The notes below the pieces were generated by a model. It saw nothing but the letters and a program-made list of their open reading frames with translations, was not told where the DNA came from and did not search any database. This document shows, piece after piece, positions 17,750 to 26,530 of a stretch of 32,000 nt of DNA. Position 1 is the first letter of the stretch. The number at the start of each line of letters is the position of its first letter. This stretch comes from Peristeroidobacter soli (GTDB lineage: Bacteria > Pseudomonadota > Gammaproteobacteria > Steroidobacterales > Steroidobacteraceae): positions 636,827 through 668,826 of the forward strand of contig NZ_RYEV01000005.1 in the NCBI RefSeq assembly GCF_004138485.1, written 5' to 3'. The position numbers and the translations under genes are program-made.

Positions 17750-19462
17750 GTGCTTCAGATTGCCACTGGAAAATTGTTTACCAGGCCTGCAAGCAGAGAG
17801 AATCGTTTGCGCGGCATGCTCTATACGAATGCAATTCTCAGTCAAGACGGGGCTGTAGATACCGTCGCGGGACGATTGTTGCCGTCATCCAGCTATTCGA
17901 TACGTCCCAATGTCTTGGTCTATGAATTTACTGAGCGTATAGAAGCTGAAGAGCAGGGGCCGGGCGTGCTCGTGTCTTCCGGTGTCGAACCTTACCTCCA
18001 AGACTATTCGCTGGTGGTCTCGTTTGCGCTGAATTGCATATGTGCACCCGACGTTGATTTGGTCAGGAGGCTAACGAGCGGCCAGCGTGGATTGGCGACA
18101 ATGGTCGCTCCGCAAGTGCTCGTTCGCAGGTTCTTCGACAGAGAGCTTTGGTGTAATGCGGGTGAGCTAAGGTTTCTGGCAGACTTCATCGCCAAGGTCG
18201 TTGGATTGCCGAGACGAACTTTTCTCGGCGTCATGCGTGCGCTTCGGACCTATGTCAATGGAATGCATCGTATCGCTGATGATTTGGAACTGGCGTACAC
18301 GTTACTGGTTGCGTCCGTAGAGTCGCTTGCTCAAGACTTTGATGGTCATGAAAGTGACTGGGATTCGTTTGATGAGCGCAAGCGAAAAGCGATTGATAAG
18401 GCATTGTGTGGTGCAGACGAGGTGATTGCACAACGCGTTAGACGAGCCTTGCTCACGGTCGAGCACGTCGCGTTGGCGCGTCGCTTCCGAGAGTTCGCGG
18501 TGGCGCATACCTCGCCGGCCTACTTTCGCCAAGTGTCTGTTGATGGCCCGCAGCTTGCAAAATCGGAGCTTGCTGGGGCGCTTGGAGCTGCCTACCAGTC
18601 GCGATCCAAATACGTGCACCAACTCCGGCGGCTCCCGGATCTCGTGACATTGGGGCAGGGCTACGGTGAGACGGTGCTTGAAGGTCGGAGCACGCATCTG
18701 ACGCTGCAGGGGCTTTCACGACTGATGCGCAACGTGATAATCGAATTCGTCATGCGTCAGCCCTCGTTGGAGCATGAACCGTACAATTACCGATCAGAGC
18801 AAAGCGGCGTTGTTCGATTGCGTCTAGCTCCACAGTACTGGGTCGGTAGCACAGAAGGTGATATTACTCAGCAGGGACGTGACAAGCTGGAGGGGTTCTT
18901 AGAACAACTAGCGTCTTGCCTCCTCAAGGAGCTGAACGCGGTTCTCACAGATATGCGCCCGGTGCTGACAGCGGTCGCCGAGTTTCTACCAAGCCTTCCG
19001 AAGCACCTCAGGTTGCCATATCTGGCGTTGCATGAGCTTTTTAACATGCATGTGGCGAAGCAGGACTCGATCGAGACTCCTCCGGCAATCAGCACGCTAA
19101 TTCAGCACGAACTTGGCGAGCCGTCCCCTGAAAGTCTCATTGTTCATGCGCTGTCCGATCAAACCGCACCATGGTCGTTGGAAGTTCATCAAGCGGCTCT
19201 AGATAGTTACTGGCGTCGGCGCGCAGCTGCAAGCGGTCTGAGATTTCCGCGTGCCTTCGAGGCTGCTATGGCTTTGGAACTGGCCGAGCGATATCGCTGT
19301 GCGGGTGATATGAAAGGATGTGAGATTATCGTGGCGTTGGCGGTCGAAAACTATCCTGGGCTTTCTGGTCTCTTGGAGTTCGAGATGAATTTGCAGCCGA
19401 CTGTCCCGATTAGTTGGCGCGATGTCATATTGCCTAGGGCGGAGCGGCCGGCTCAACAGTAA
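17750..19462 (+). CDS. Hypothetical 570-aa protein; mid-protein Rx4H motif (RSKYVH, 18602-18619) suggests a possible HEPN-like domain
   Basis: GTG start 4 nt after GGAGGG. The long uninterrupted ORF has protein-like composition. I recognise no family. The HEPN assignment rests only on the motif and its helical context. Confidence 0.7.
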   Translation: MLQIATGKLFTRPASRENRLRGMLYTNAILSQDGAVDTVAGRLLPSSSYSIRPNVLVYEFTERIEAEEQGPGVLVSSGVEPYLQDYSLVVSFALNCICAPDVDLVRRLTSGQRGLATMVAPQVLVRRFFDRELWCNAGELRFLADFIAKVVGLPRRTFLGVMRALRTYVNGMHRIADDLELAYTLLVASVESLAQDFDGHESDWDSFDERKRKAIDKALCGADEVIAQRVRRALLTVEHVALARRFREFAVAHTSPAYFRQVSVDGPQLAKSELAGALGAAYQSRSKYVHQLRRLPDLVTLGQGYGETVLEGRSTHLTLQGLSRLMRNVIIEFVMRQPSLEHEPYNYRSEQSGVVRLRLAPQYWVGSTEGDITQQGRDKLEGFLEQLASCLLKELNAVLTDMRPVLTAVAEFLPSLPKHLRLPYLALHELFNMHVAKQDSIETPPAISTLIQHELGEPSPESLIVHALSDQTAPWSLEVHQAALDSYWRRRAAASGLRFPRAFEAAMALELAERYRCAGDMKGCEIIVALAVENYPGLSGLLEFEMNLQPTVPISWRDVILPRAERPAQQ

Positions 19463-19541
19463 GGGGCCTGGCTTTCGCCCGATGCCGCTCTCAACGGAGC
19501 GACCAACGTGCAGTTTGGAGAGGCAGAGAAGAAAGCTTGTC

Positions 19542-19559
19542 AGGGAGCGACGGCTCCCT
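19542..19559. terminator. Candidate bidirectional hairpin between the convergent genes
   Basis: AGGGAGC-GACG-GCTCCCT is a perfect 7-bp stem. There is no U-tract, so this is weak. Confidence 0.3.
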
Positions 19560-19633
19560 ACCTCAAGGAGAGCGTCCATCGGTGCCGTTAACTCTTCGGA
19601 ATGATTCGGTCGCGATTTCTTCGGGCGTCAGAA

Positions 19634-20764
19634 TCACTCGGGGAGTGAGCTGACGGTGGGGTGTCCGTTCTGAGTATCCAGATCGCTACGTCGATGTTTC
19701 CGTTGGGGAGTGACGTTCACTGTTGAGCCTGGTGGGTCGTTGTCGCTGGGCTGCCCGTGCCGCTGCGATACTACTCGGCCCTTATACTGGGAACGAGCAG
19801 ACGCCACTACTTTCGCAAGGAGTGTCTCCCACGGGATTGTTTCCTCACTACACTTGCTGGAACCGATCGCTGCTATCGCGTGCTCCAACTCCTCCCTTTG
19901 GCGAGGACTTACGCTGAAGTTCGGAATCGAGTACAGAATGTAGAGATAGTCAGCGTCCAGCCAGTGATCAAGATCAAAGAATAGGGCTGCACTTCCGTGC
20001 TGACCCAGGGTGCCATTGCACCATTTCTTCAGTCTGCGCTCTATATCCGTAACTACTCCGCTGGTGAGCGGGCCGTCGGGTACGATATAGGCGTCTGGGG
20101 GTATTCCAAAGCGTCTTCTCGCGTCTCCCTCCCAAGCCTGCATACGGCGCTCGAATGCCTCGTCGTGCGAGTCGTCATCGTCGTCCTCGTTGCAGTTGTC
20201 GGGTCTGGCTTCAAACTCCTCCTTAATCTTCAGATCGTACGCGCTGTAGTACGCTGCAATTTGGTGGAAATTCATTAGCGATCGAAACGTAAGCGATCTC
20301 ACATGGTGGCGTCCCTCTGAGAACTGTCCGATCGCCGCGCTCGTGTCCCGATTAAGCCGTGCATGTAGGGCCTGCTTGATCTTCTCAATTACGTCAGTAA
20401 TCCCAAGACCAGAAGGTATCGCGATCTTGTCAGCGATCAGCGGTGAATAACGCGCTACTGCATCTCGATCCATGTTGTGCCAGATTGTAACCAGTGGCTT
20501 TCCACTCGCCACTTCCTGACCAGTAAGCGCGGAAAGTTCCATCTGAGGCCATTCCTTTTCAAAAAAGGACGGGCTCAAAACCACGATTCCCGCTGCTGAG
20601 CGAGCCAATCCATGATCGATAGAGCGCCGGAGGCTGTCTCCCGGTACGAGGGAAAACTCGTCGTACCAAACCTTATAGCCTTGCGCATTCAATCCATTGG
20701 CGAGTGTGGTTACAAAGGGAATCCGGTCCTCGCTCGCGTAGCTAATGAACAGATCCCATTTCAT
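19634..20764 (-). CDS. TIR-domain protein with uncharacterised ~230-aa C-terminal domain (TIR-X)
   Basis: MKWDLFISYASEDRIPFV...YKVWYDEFSLVPGDSLRRSID...VVLSPSFFEKEWPQMEL are the TIR box motifs, including the conserved Glu. The C-terminal half (acidic NEDDDDDSHDE linker, then an unknown domain) was not recognised. An alternative GTG start lies at 20800. Confidence 0.8.
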   Translation of the reverse strand: MKWDLFISYASEDRIPFVTTLANGLNAQGYKVWYDEFSLVPGDSLRRSIDHGLARSAAGIVVLSPSFFEKEWPQMELSALTGQEVASGKPLVTIWHNMDRDAVARYSPLIADKIAIPSGLGITDVIEKIKQALHARLNRDTSAAIGQFSEGRHHVRSLTFRSLMNFHQIAAYYSAYDLKIKEEFEARPDNCNEDDDDDSHDEAFERRMQAWEGDARRRFGIPPDAYIVPDGPLTSGVVTDIERRLKKWCNGTLGQHGSAALFFDLDHWLDADYLYILYSIPNFSVSPRQREELEHAIAAIGSSKCSEETIPWETLLAKVVASARSQYKGRVVSQRHGQPSDNDPPGSTVNVTPQRKHRRSDLDTQNGHPTVSSLPE

Positions 20765-21691
20765 CCAGTCTTTACTCCCATCGCACGCTTCAGTGGGCAC
20801 TTAGAGTCTAAACATAACTTGCATATTGCCGCATCGCGGTGCGCGCAAGTACGCTGGACTAGCAGGTTCGAAGCTGTGCGCGATTCTATCAACAGATAAA
20901 GTAATGTTTCGACAGATCACTGGATATTGACGGCAACAGTATGGCCTGCGAAACCTAGTGTTCTTGCGCTCGTGTGAAGGCGCGCTTAATCTTGCCGAGC
21001 CTCACGGCGGTGGCGGTTGGCGGCGAATCGAGCTGCTCTCGACTCCGACGGTGGAATGACCGCCGATTTCCTTTACAGATCTTGCTGCGCGAGTCGGGCG
21101 CCACTAGACGCGGAGGCAATGAGGCAGCAGTATGGAGGCGCAATTGCGCGTGTCCAGAATAACTCAGCTATTGTCGATTCAGCAGATGCCAACGAGCGGA
21201 AGTCTCGTACCACCCGCATCAAACATCGATGTGATTGGATGCATGAAGCACGCTCGAGCGTGTCTTGCCTTACGCGCCAGCGTCCTTGGTTTCGATAGCT
21301 AACTTCCGTAGGGCTGCGGCGAGAGCTTCGACCGTTCAACAGCTCATAGCATAGCCCGTGCAGAGCACCAGCTGCAGTGAGATGTAACGACGCGAGGGAG
21401 GAAGGTGGGCGCTCATCGCTGCCGGTTGTTCGAGTCATAGCGACATCGAAGAGGTCGTTCAAACGCGCGTTCGGGATGGACGGCGTGGTGGTGTATCATC
21501 AACGGCTCGCTAACGTCACCAGGGCGGTCGGCAGCTAGAATGACAGGTAGAATATTATGACAAAGCACAGTCACGCTGCGAATCGTAGGTCGAATACTGT
21601 GAGATCCTAAATCGCTTGAAATTCCTGGGCGCCGAGACCGCATAAGAATCAAATTGTCACTAATGGTTTGAGCTTTTGGGGAGATACGGAA

Positions 21692-22189
21692 ATGGCTCGA
21701 CGGGTGTTCTTCAGCTTCCACTACGATGATATATGGCGAGTTAATCAAGTCCGCTTCTCCCAGCTCATCAAGAAAGAGAGTGAGACGAACAGCTTCATTG
21801 ACGCAGCCGAGTTCGAGAAAATCAAGCGCAGAGGCGCAAACTCGGTTGAACGGTGGATCGACGAGCAGCTTGAAGGCACATCTACCACCATAGTGCTGAT
21901 CGGATTCGGGACCGCAGATCGCCCGTACGTGCAATACGAGATCCGCAAGAGCTACGAACGCGGCAATGCCCTGCTTGGGATATGGCTGGACAACATCAAA
22001 GACCAGGGCGGCCAAATCAGTTTCTTGAGAGGCGCAAACCCTTTCGAGAAAGTCAAAGTTCCCGGCGGCTTCTTTGGCGAAATCTCCATTGCTGACAAGC
22101 TCAGTGTCCCCGTCTACGACTGGGTGAATGCTGACGGTCGCAACAACATCGCCACCTGGATCGCGGGCGCACCCCGGAAGCAGAGCTGA
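21692..22189 (+). CDS. thsB: Thoeris ThsB, TIR-like (DUF1863-type) protein, copy 1
   Basis: GGAGA RBS. MARRVFFSFHYDDIWRVNQVR...TIVLIGFGTADRPYVQYEIRKS parallels Bacillus cereus MSX-D12 ThsB as I recall it (RVFFSFHY...RVN.VR...RWVRYEI). It ends 7 nt before thsA. Confidence 0.85.
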   Translation: MARRVFFSFHYDDIWRVNQVRFSQLIKKESETNSFIDAAEFEKIKRRGANSVERWIDEQLEGTSTTIVLIGFGTADRPYVQYEIRKSYERGNALLGIWLDNIKDQGGQISFLRGANPFEKVKVPGGFFGEISIADKLSVPVYDWVNADGRNNIATWIAGAPRKQS

Positions 22190-22196
22190 TATCCCC

Positions 22197-23639
22197 ATGG
22201 CAATAGTCAGTCTCGAGTCGTTTATAGAAGATTTTTCGTCCGAATTGCGCGACCGCAATGCTGCGATATTCGCCGGCGCTGGTCTTTCCGTCGATGCCGG
22301 CTTTGTGAACTGGAAGGGCCTGCTGCGTCCCCTTGCGGTCGAGCTCGGCCTCGACGTAGACCGAGAACACGACCTAGTACGCATCGCGCAGTATCACGTG
22401 AATCACCACGACAGCAACCGCCATGACCTCACGCAAGCGGTCTTGAACAAGTTCGCCGAGAAGGAAGCGCGGGTCACAGAGAACCATCGCATCCTCGCGC
22501 GGCTGCCAATACAGACATTCTGGACCACGAACTACGATTCCTGCATCGAACAGGCGCTGCGCGCTGCCGGAAAGAACCCGGACGTGAAGCACGATCCAAA
22601 ACAGCTGCCACACACGCTCCATGGGCGTGGCGCCATCGTTTACAAGATGCATGGCGACCACTCGCATCCCAGCGAGACGATCCTCTGCAAAGAGGACTAC
22701 GAGAGGTATCCAGTTAGTCACGGAGACTTTCTTACGGCGCTTGCCGGAGACCTTTTGTCGAAGACCTTTTTGTTTGTCGGTTTCAGCTTCTCCGACCCGA
22801 ATCTTGATTATGTCCTCGGTCGCCTCTATACGCGCCATGGGAGAAATCAGCGCAAACATTATTGCTTCGTGAAGAAGGAGAGTGCTGAGGCGGCAGATGC
22901 TCCCGGCGACCTCGAGTATCGCGTTGCCAAGCAGGAACTCTTCATTCGCGACCTTGGTCGCTACAACATTCGGGCGGTAGTGATCGATGCGTACGAGGAC
23001 ATCACGCGAGTGCTGTCGCTGGTTGAGAATCGATACAAGAGCAAGACGGTGTTTGTTTCTGGCGCCGCGCACGAATACGGAGCGCTGAGTGAAAGGGATG
23101 CGCTCGGCTTTGTGCATTCACTCGGGAAAACCCTGATCGACCGTGACTTCAGGATCGTGACTGGCCTCGGGCTCGGTGTTGGCAGCACCATCGTTGACGG
23201 AGCGCTCCAACAAATCTATCAGGTGCAACGACGATCGCTTACGGATCAGTTGCTCATTCGACCTTTCCCTCAGTCAGTTACCGGAAAGATGCTATGGACC
23301 AGCTACCGCCACGACATGCTCGCCTACGCCGGCTTGGCAGTATTCATGTTCGGAAACAAACTTGAAGGTGGCGCGACGCCATCTGTAGTCGACTCGAACG
23401 GAATGATCGAGGAATTCGAGATTGCGTGCGCCAAGGGAACGCGGGTGTTGCCGCTAGGTTTTACAGGCTATGTGGCTCGGCAGCTCTACGAAAAGGTTTT
23501 TGCCTCATTTGGGGCGTATTATCCAACTGCAACCACTGCTTTCAAACAGCAGTTCCGCCATCTTGGCGACACGACAAGAACGCTGACCGAGCAGCTGACA
23601 ACGACAGTCGACGCTCTCGTCGAGCTACAGAAAATGTAA
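22197..23639 (+). CDS. thsA: Thoeris ThsA, SIR2 NADase domain + SLOG signal-binding domain
   Basis: Near-collinear with B. cereus ThsA as I recall it. Shared segments: NAAIFAGAGLS, ENHRILARLPIQTFWTTNYD (Asn at residue 112), VYKMHGD (His at residue 152), SKTFLFVGFSFSDPNLDY, then the SLOG part KTVFVSGAAHEY, TGLGLGVGS, IRPFPQ, FMFGNK. Confidence 0.92.
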   Translation: MAIVSLESFIEDFSSELRDRNAAIFAGAGLSVDAGFVNWKGLLRPLAVELGLDVDREHDLVRIAQYHVNHHDSNRHDLTQAVLNKFAEKEARVTENHRILARLPIQTFWTTNYDSCIEQALRAAGKNPDVKHDPKQLPHTLHGRGAIVYKMHGDHSHPSETILCKEDYERYPVSHGDFLTALAGDLLSKTFLFVGFSFSDPNLDYVLGRLYTRHGRNQRKHYCFVKKESAEAADAPGDLEYRVAKQELFIRDLGRYNIRAVVIDAYEDITRVLSLVENRYKSKTVFVSGAAHEYGALSERDALGFVHSLGKTLIDRDFRIVTGLGLGVGSTIVDGALQQIYQVQRRSLTDQLLIRPFPQSVTGKMLWTSYRHDMLAYAGLAVFMFGNKLEGGATPSVVDSNGMIEEFEIACAKGTRVLPLGFTGYVARQLYEKVFASFGAYYPTATTAFKQQFRHLGDTTRTLTEQLTTTVDALVELQKM

Positions 23640-23657
23640 GTCAACCAAGGAAGATCT

Positions 23658-24143
23658 ATGGCAAGAGAACCAGTCTTCTACAGCTTTCACTTCGACAACG
23701 ACGTGTTTCGTGTTCAGCAGGTCCGGAACATGGGCGTAATCGAGGGCGATGAGCCCGTTTCGGCAAATGAGTGGGAGCAACTCAAGAGACGATCCGGCGG
23801 CGTCGAAAGGTGGATCGACGATAACATGAAGTACAAGCGGTGCGTTGTTGTGCTCATCGGCTCCGAGACCGCAAGTCGTCCTTGGGTGAAGTACGAGATC
23901 AAGAAGGCCTGGAATGACGGGCGAGGGCTGGTCGGTATCTACATTCACAACCTCAAATGCCTTCGAACCCGTACAACCTGTTCCAAGGGAATAAATCCGT
24001 TCGCAAACTTCACTGTAGATGGCCAATCAATGGCGAACCTGGTCACATGTCACGACCCTAACTCTTGGGATGCCTATGCAGACATCAAAGACAACCTTGA
24101 GTACTGGGTGGCAGATGCTATTGCACGGGCCAAGCGCCGTTGA
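23658..24143 (+). CDS. thsB: Thoeris ThsB, TIR-like (DUF1863-type) protein, copy 2
   Basis: AAGGAAG RBS. MAREPVFYSFHFDNDVFRVQQVR...VVVLIGSETASRPWVKYEIKKA; a divergent paralogue of copy 1. Confidence 0.85.
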   Translation: MAREPVFYSFHFDNDVFRVQQVRNMGVIEGDEPVSANEWEQLKRRSGGVERWIDDNMKYKRCVVVLIGSETASRPWVKYEIKKAWNDGRGLVGIYIHNLKCLRTRTTCSKGINPFANFTVDGQSMANLVTCHDPNSWDAYADIKDNLEYWVADAIARAKRR

Positions 24144-24161
24144 AGTGCGGAGATTTCTGAA

Positions 24162-24740
24162 TTGGCCGTCCTTTCGAAGAGCGACCTTCTGAGGCGATAT
24201 AACTTGAGGCAGACGACGCGTCTGTCGGAAGGCGGTGAAAAGCAGTTCTCGAAGTATAGGTTGATGGAGGCGGGCAAAGCCTTTTCGTACACTACCAAAT
24301 ACGACGTGTTTCTATCTCATTCTTTCGATGATGCTCGCATCGTGCTACTGATCAAGGAAATGATCGAGGAGGCGGGACATACGGTCTATGTCGATTGGAT
24401 GGAGGATGATCACCTAGACCGCGGGCGAGTGAACGAGGCTACCGCAAGAACACTTCGCGACAGGATGAATCAGTGTTTATCACTTATCTATCTTACGTCG
24501 CAATCCGCCGCACAATCACTCTGGATGCCTTGGGAGCTTGGGTACATGGATGCTAAAACCGGCAGAATTGCGGTTGCGCCGATTCTCGAAGACAATGAAT
24601 CGTTTGAAGGGCGCGAGTACCTAGGTCTGTATCCATACCTTGACCTTACAGTCGGTAGGTTCTTCATCCAGCGTGCACCCCGCGAATGGACATCCCTACA
24701 ACAGTGGATCGCTGGCGAGAATCCGCAGTTGCACGTCTAA
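24162..24740 (+). CDS. thsB: Third ThsB-position protein, canonical TIR domain
   Basis: TTG start 9 nt after GGAG (alternative ATG at 24264). YDVFLSHSFDDARIVLLIKEMIEEAGHTVYVDW...LIYLTSQSAAQSLWMPWELGY are TIR motifs with the conserved Glu. The gap after copy 2 is 18 nt. Confidence 0.75.
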   Translation: MAVLSKSDLLRRYNLRQTTRLSEGGEKQFSKYRLMEAGKAFSYTTKYDVFLSHSFDDARIVLLIKEMIEEAGHTVYVDWMEDDHLDRGRVNEATARTLRDRMNQCLSLIYLTSQSAAQSLWMPWELGYMDAKTGRIAVAPILEDNESFEGREYLGLYPYLDLTVGRFFIQRAPREWTSLQQWIAGENPQLHV

Positions 24741-25336
24741 CTTCGGCCATAAGCCTTATCATCGCGACAACGGTGATACCGAGGGGCGAAGGAGGGCCGA
24801 ATGAAGGGAATGATGGGATGGGGACGTCAGCCCATTCCGCTTCGTCTTTCTATCGCTCGAGATCGTCACGGTATAGCTTGTGACCACAGCGGTGCGAATC
24901 GCTGAAACTTTTTCGTTGAGTTCGCCTTCTCGCCCAGTTCTTGACGTCCTGTTCCTTCTGACTTACGTTCCATCTGGGCACCATCAGGTGTGTATTAGAC
25001 TTGGCCGCCGAAGAACTTCCTGGTCATCGGTGGCACCCGCAGTGAATCCGTCAGAACGCCTGTTCTGTCCGATTCAATGAAGACGTCGCACGCTGACCAG
25101 CCAATCAGCGAGCTGATTACCTCGACCGCATGCGTCCACTACGGTCGCAAGACAGACGGCTTCCCATCGCCCGCGGGTCACCATCCTCACCGGGAATTCT
25201 TCACCATGCATGCGTCTCCGACGATTCTCTTTGCGCGCCGATCGGCGAGGATGAGCTTTGCTTTTACAATGCATTCATCCCGGTTAGGTCACGATAAGAA
25301 TGCGTGGCTTCTTCGCACATCATGGGAGGGCGTAAG

Positions 25337-25651
25337 ATGAACACGCCTCGTTTACTACGGCTGCGGCAGGTCATTGAGATCACCGCATTGGGCCGGGACA
25401 CCATCTACCGCTACATTCGCGCTGGTCAATTCCCGCGTCAACGACGCATAAGTGAGCGCGCCAGCGCGTGGCGAGAGGATGAGATCAAGGAATGGGTCGA
25501 CTCGCGCCCGATTGTCGAACTGAACTCTGAAACGCCGCAGTCGTCCGGGAGCCACCGACGAAGCCGCCGCGCAGCGAATTGTGACACAGCCCGAGAACCA
25601 GTGCCGACAGCGAGTGCCGTGGCTGTTGGAACTAGATGCGCGGATTCTTAA
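25337..25651 (+). CDS. alpA: AlpA-family phage regulatory protein / putative excisionase
   Basis: GGGAGG RBS. LLRLRQVIEITALGRDTIYRYIRAGQFPRQRRISERASAWREDEIKEWV is the AlpA/MerR-like HTH. The C-terminal tail is unusually long and low-complexity. Confidence 0.75.
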   Translation: MNTPRLLRLRQVIEITALGRDTIYRYIRAGQFPRQRRISERASAWREDEIKEWVDSRPIVELNSETPQSSGSHRRSRRAANCDTAREPVPTASAVAVGTRCADS

Positions 25652-25713
25652 CGATCCACTGCGCGGAGAGTCTCGGGCCCATGGACCTTGCGAGCCTAGT
25701 CGGGGCTGGCACA

Positions 25714-26103
25714 TCATCCGGTCCTCTTGTTCGCGGCCTCGAGCGTATCGATGATCCGGATCACGAATCGCTGTTGCGTCTTGCTGAGTGCCTGAAGCCG
25801 CTCAGCGTGACGCATCGCTCTGGGTGACAGCCGGCCTTTGTGAGCGGGTGTCTGCCTGGCTAGTCCGATTAGATGCTCTACCGGAACGGTGAGCACCTTC
25901 GCGATCTTGGCAAGCACGAGTACGGAAGTGCGGCGCTCGCCGAGTTCGTACGCGAAGACGGCTTGCTGAGATACGCCGATGGCGCGAGCCAGCTCGGCTT
26001 GCGTCATGCCTCGAGCCTTGCGCAGCTGGGTGATTTGCGCGCCGAGCAGCGCGAAGTAGCGCTTGGACTCTGCTCTGATTCGTGGGGACAAAGTTGCGGT
26101 CAT
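25714..26103 (-). CDS. XRE-family HTH transcriptional regulator
   Basis: LGAQITQLRKARGMTQAELARAIGVSQQAVFAYELGERRTSVLVLAKIAKVLTVPVEHL is a Cro/C1-type HTH. Confidence 0.85.
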   Translation of the reverse strand: MTATLSPRIRAESKRYFALLGAQITQLRKARGMTQAELARAIGVSQQAVFAYELGERRTSVLVLAKIAKVLTVPVEHLIGLARQTPAHKGRLSPRAMRHAERLQALSKTQQRFVIRIIDTLEAANKRTG

Positions 26104-26318
26104 GTCCTGCTCTCCGACTGGCCGAGCATGGCAATCGCGCTTTCCACGAGCGTACTGAGCCCGGCGACGGCGTCCGCGAGATCGAGCTGCTGATGCTCGT
26201 CAGGATGATCGGCGGCAATCTCGATGCACTTCGCGACCGCCAAAGCTGTCTGCATGCGACGGTGCGGGGCGTGGACTTGGGCGCGTTCTCGCCGCGCCGA
26301 GGCCTTGGCAGCCTTCAC
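26100..26318 (-). CDS. Hypothetical 72-aa protein, translationally coupled (ATGA) to the XRE gene
   Basis: The stop overlaps the XRE ATG and the GTG start overlaps the upstream ORF's stop (GTGA). No family was recognised, and high-GC frames make this uncertain. Confidence 0.4.
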   Translation of the reverse strand: MKAAKASARRERAQVHAPHRRMQTALAVAKCIEIAADHPDEHQQLDLADAVAGLSTLVESAIAMLGQSESRT

Positions 26319-26530
26319 GGGCCCTTCGCCCGGAGCTTGCGAAGCTCCTGTTCCAATTGCTCGATTCGGTCCAAGCAGCGCATGGCCAGCGCCACCATGC
26401 TGTCCAATGCATCGGCGGCATGGTTGAGCCGGAAGTGAAGCGAGCTTTGGTCGGCGCGATCAGCCCTCGCCGTCGCGCGCAGCACCTGCGAAGTAGCGAG
26501 CGTCTCGGCGAGCTGGGTTGCGGCGTTCAT
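26315..26530 (-). CDS. Hypothetical 71-aa helical protein, coupled within the same operon
   Basis: Coiled-coil-like C-terminus (LDRIEQLEQELRKLRAKGP). Start and stop overlap on both sides. Confidence 0.4.
   Translation of the reverse strand: MNAATQLAETLATSQVLRATARADRADQSSLHFRLNHAADALDSMVALAMRCLDRIEQLEQELRKLRAKGP

Noticed and set aside
21413-23117. Two long minus-strand ORFs (323 and 247 aa) across thsB1 and thsA
   Set aside because: They are antisense to genes with strong motif-level identification. The translations show no family features.
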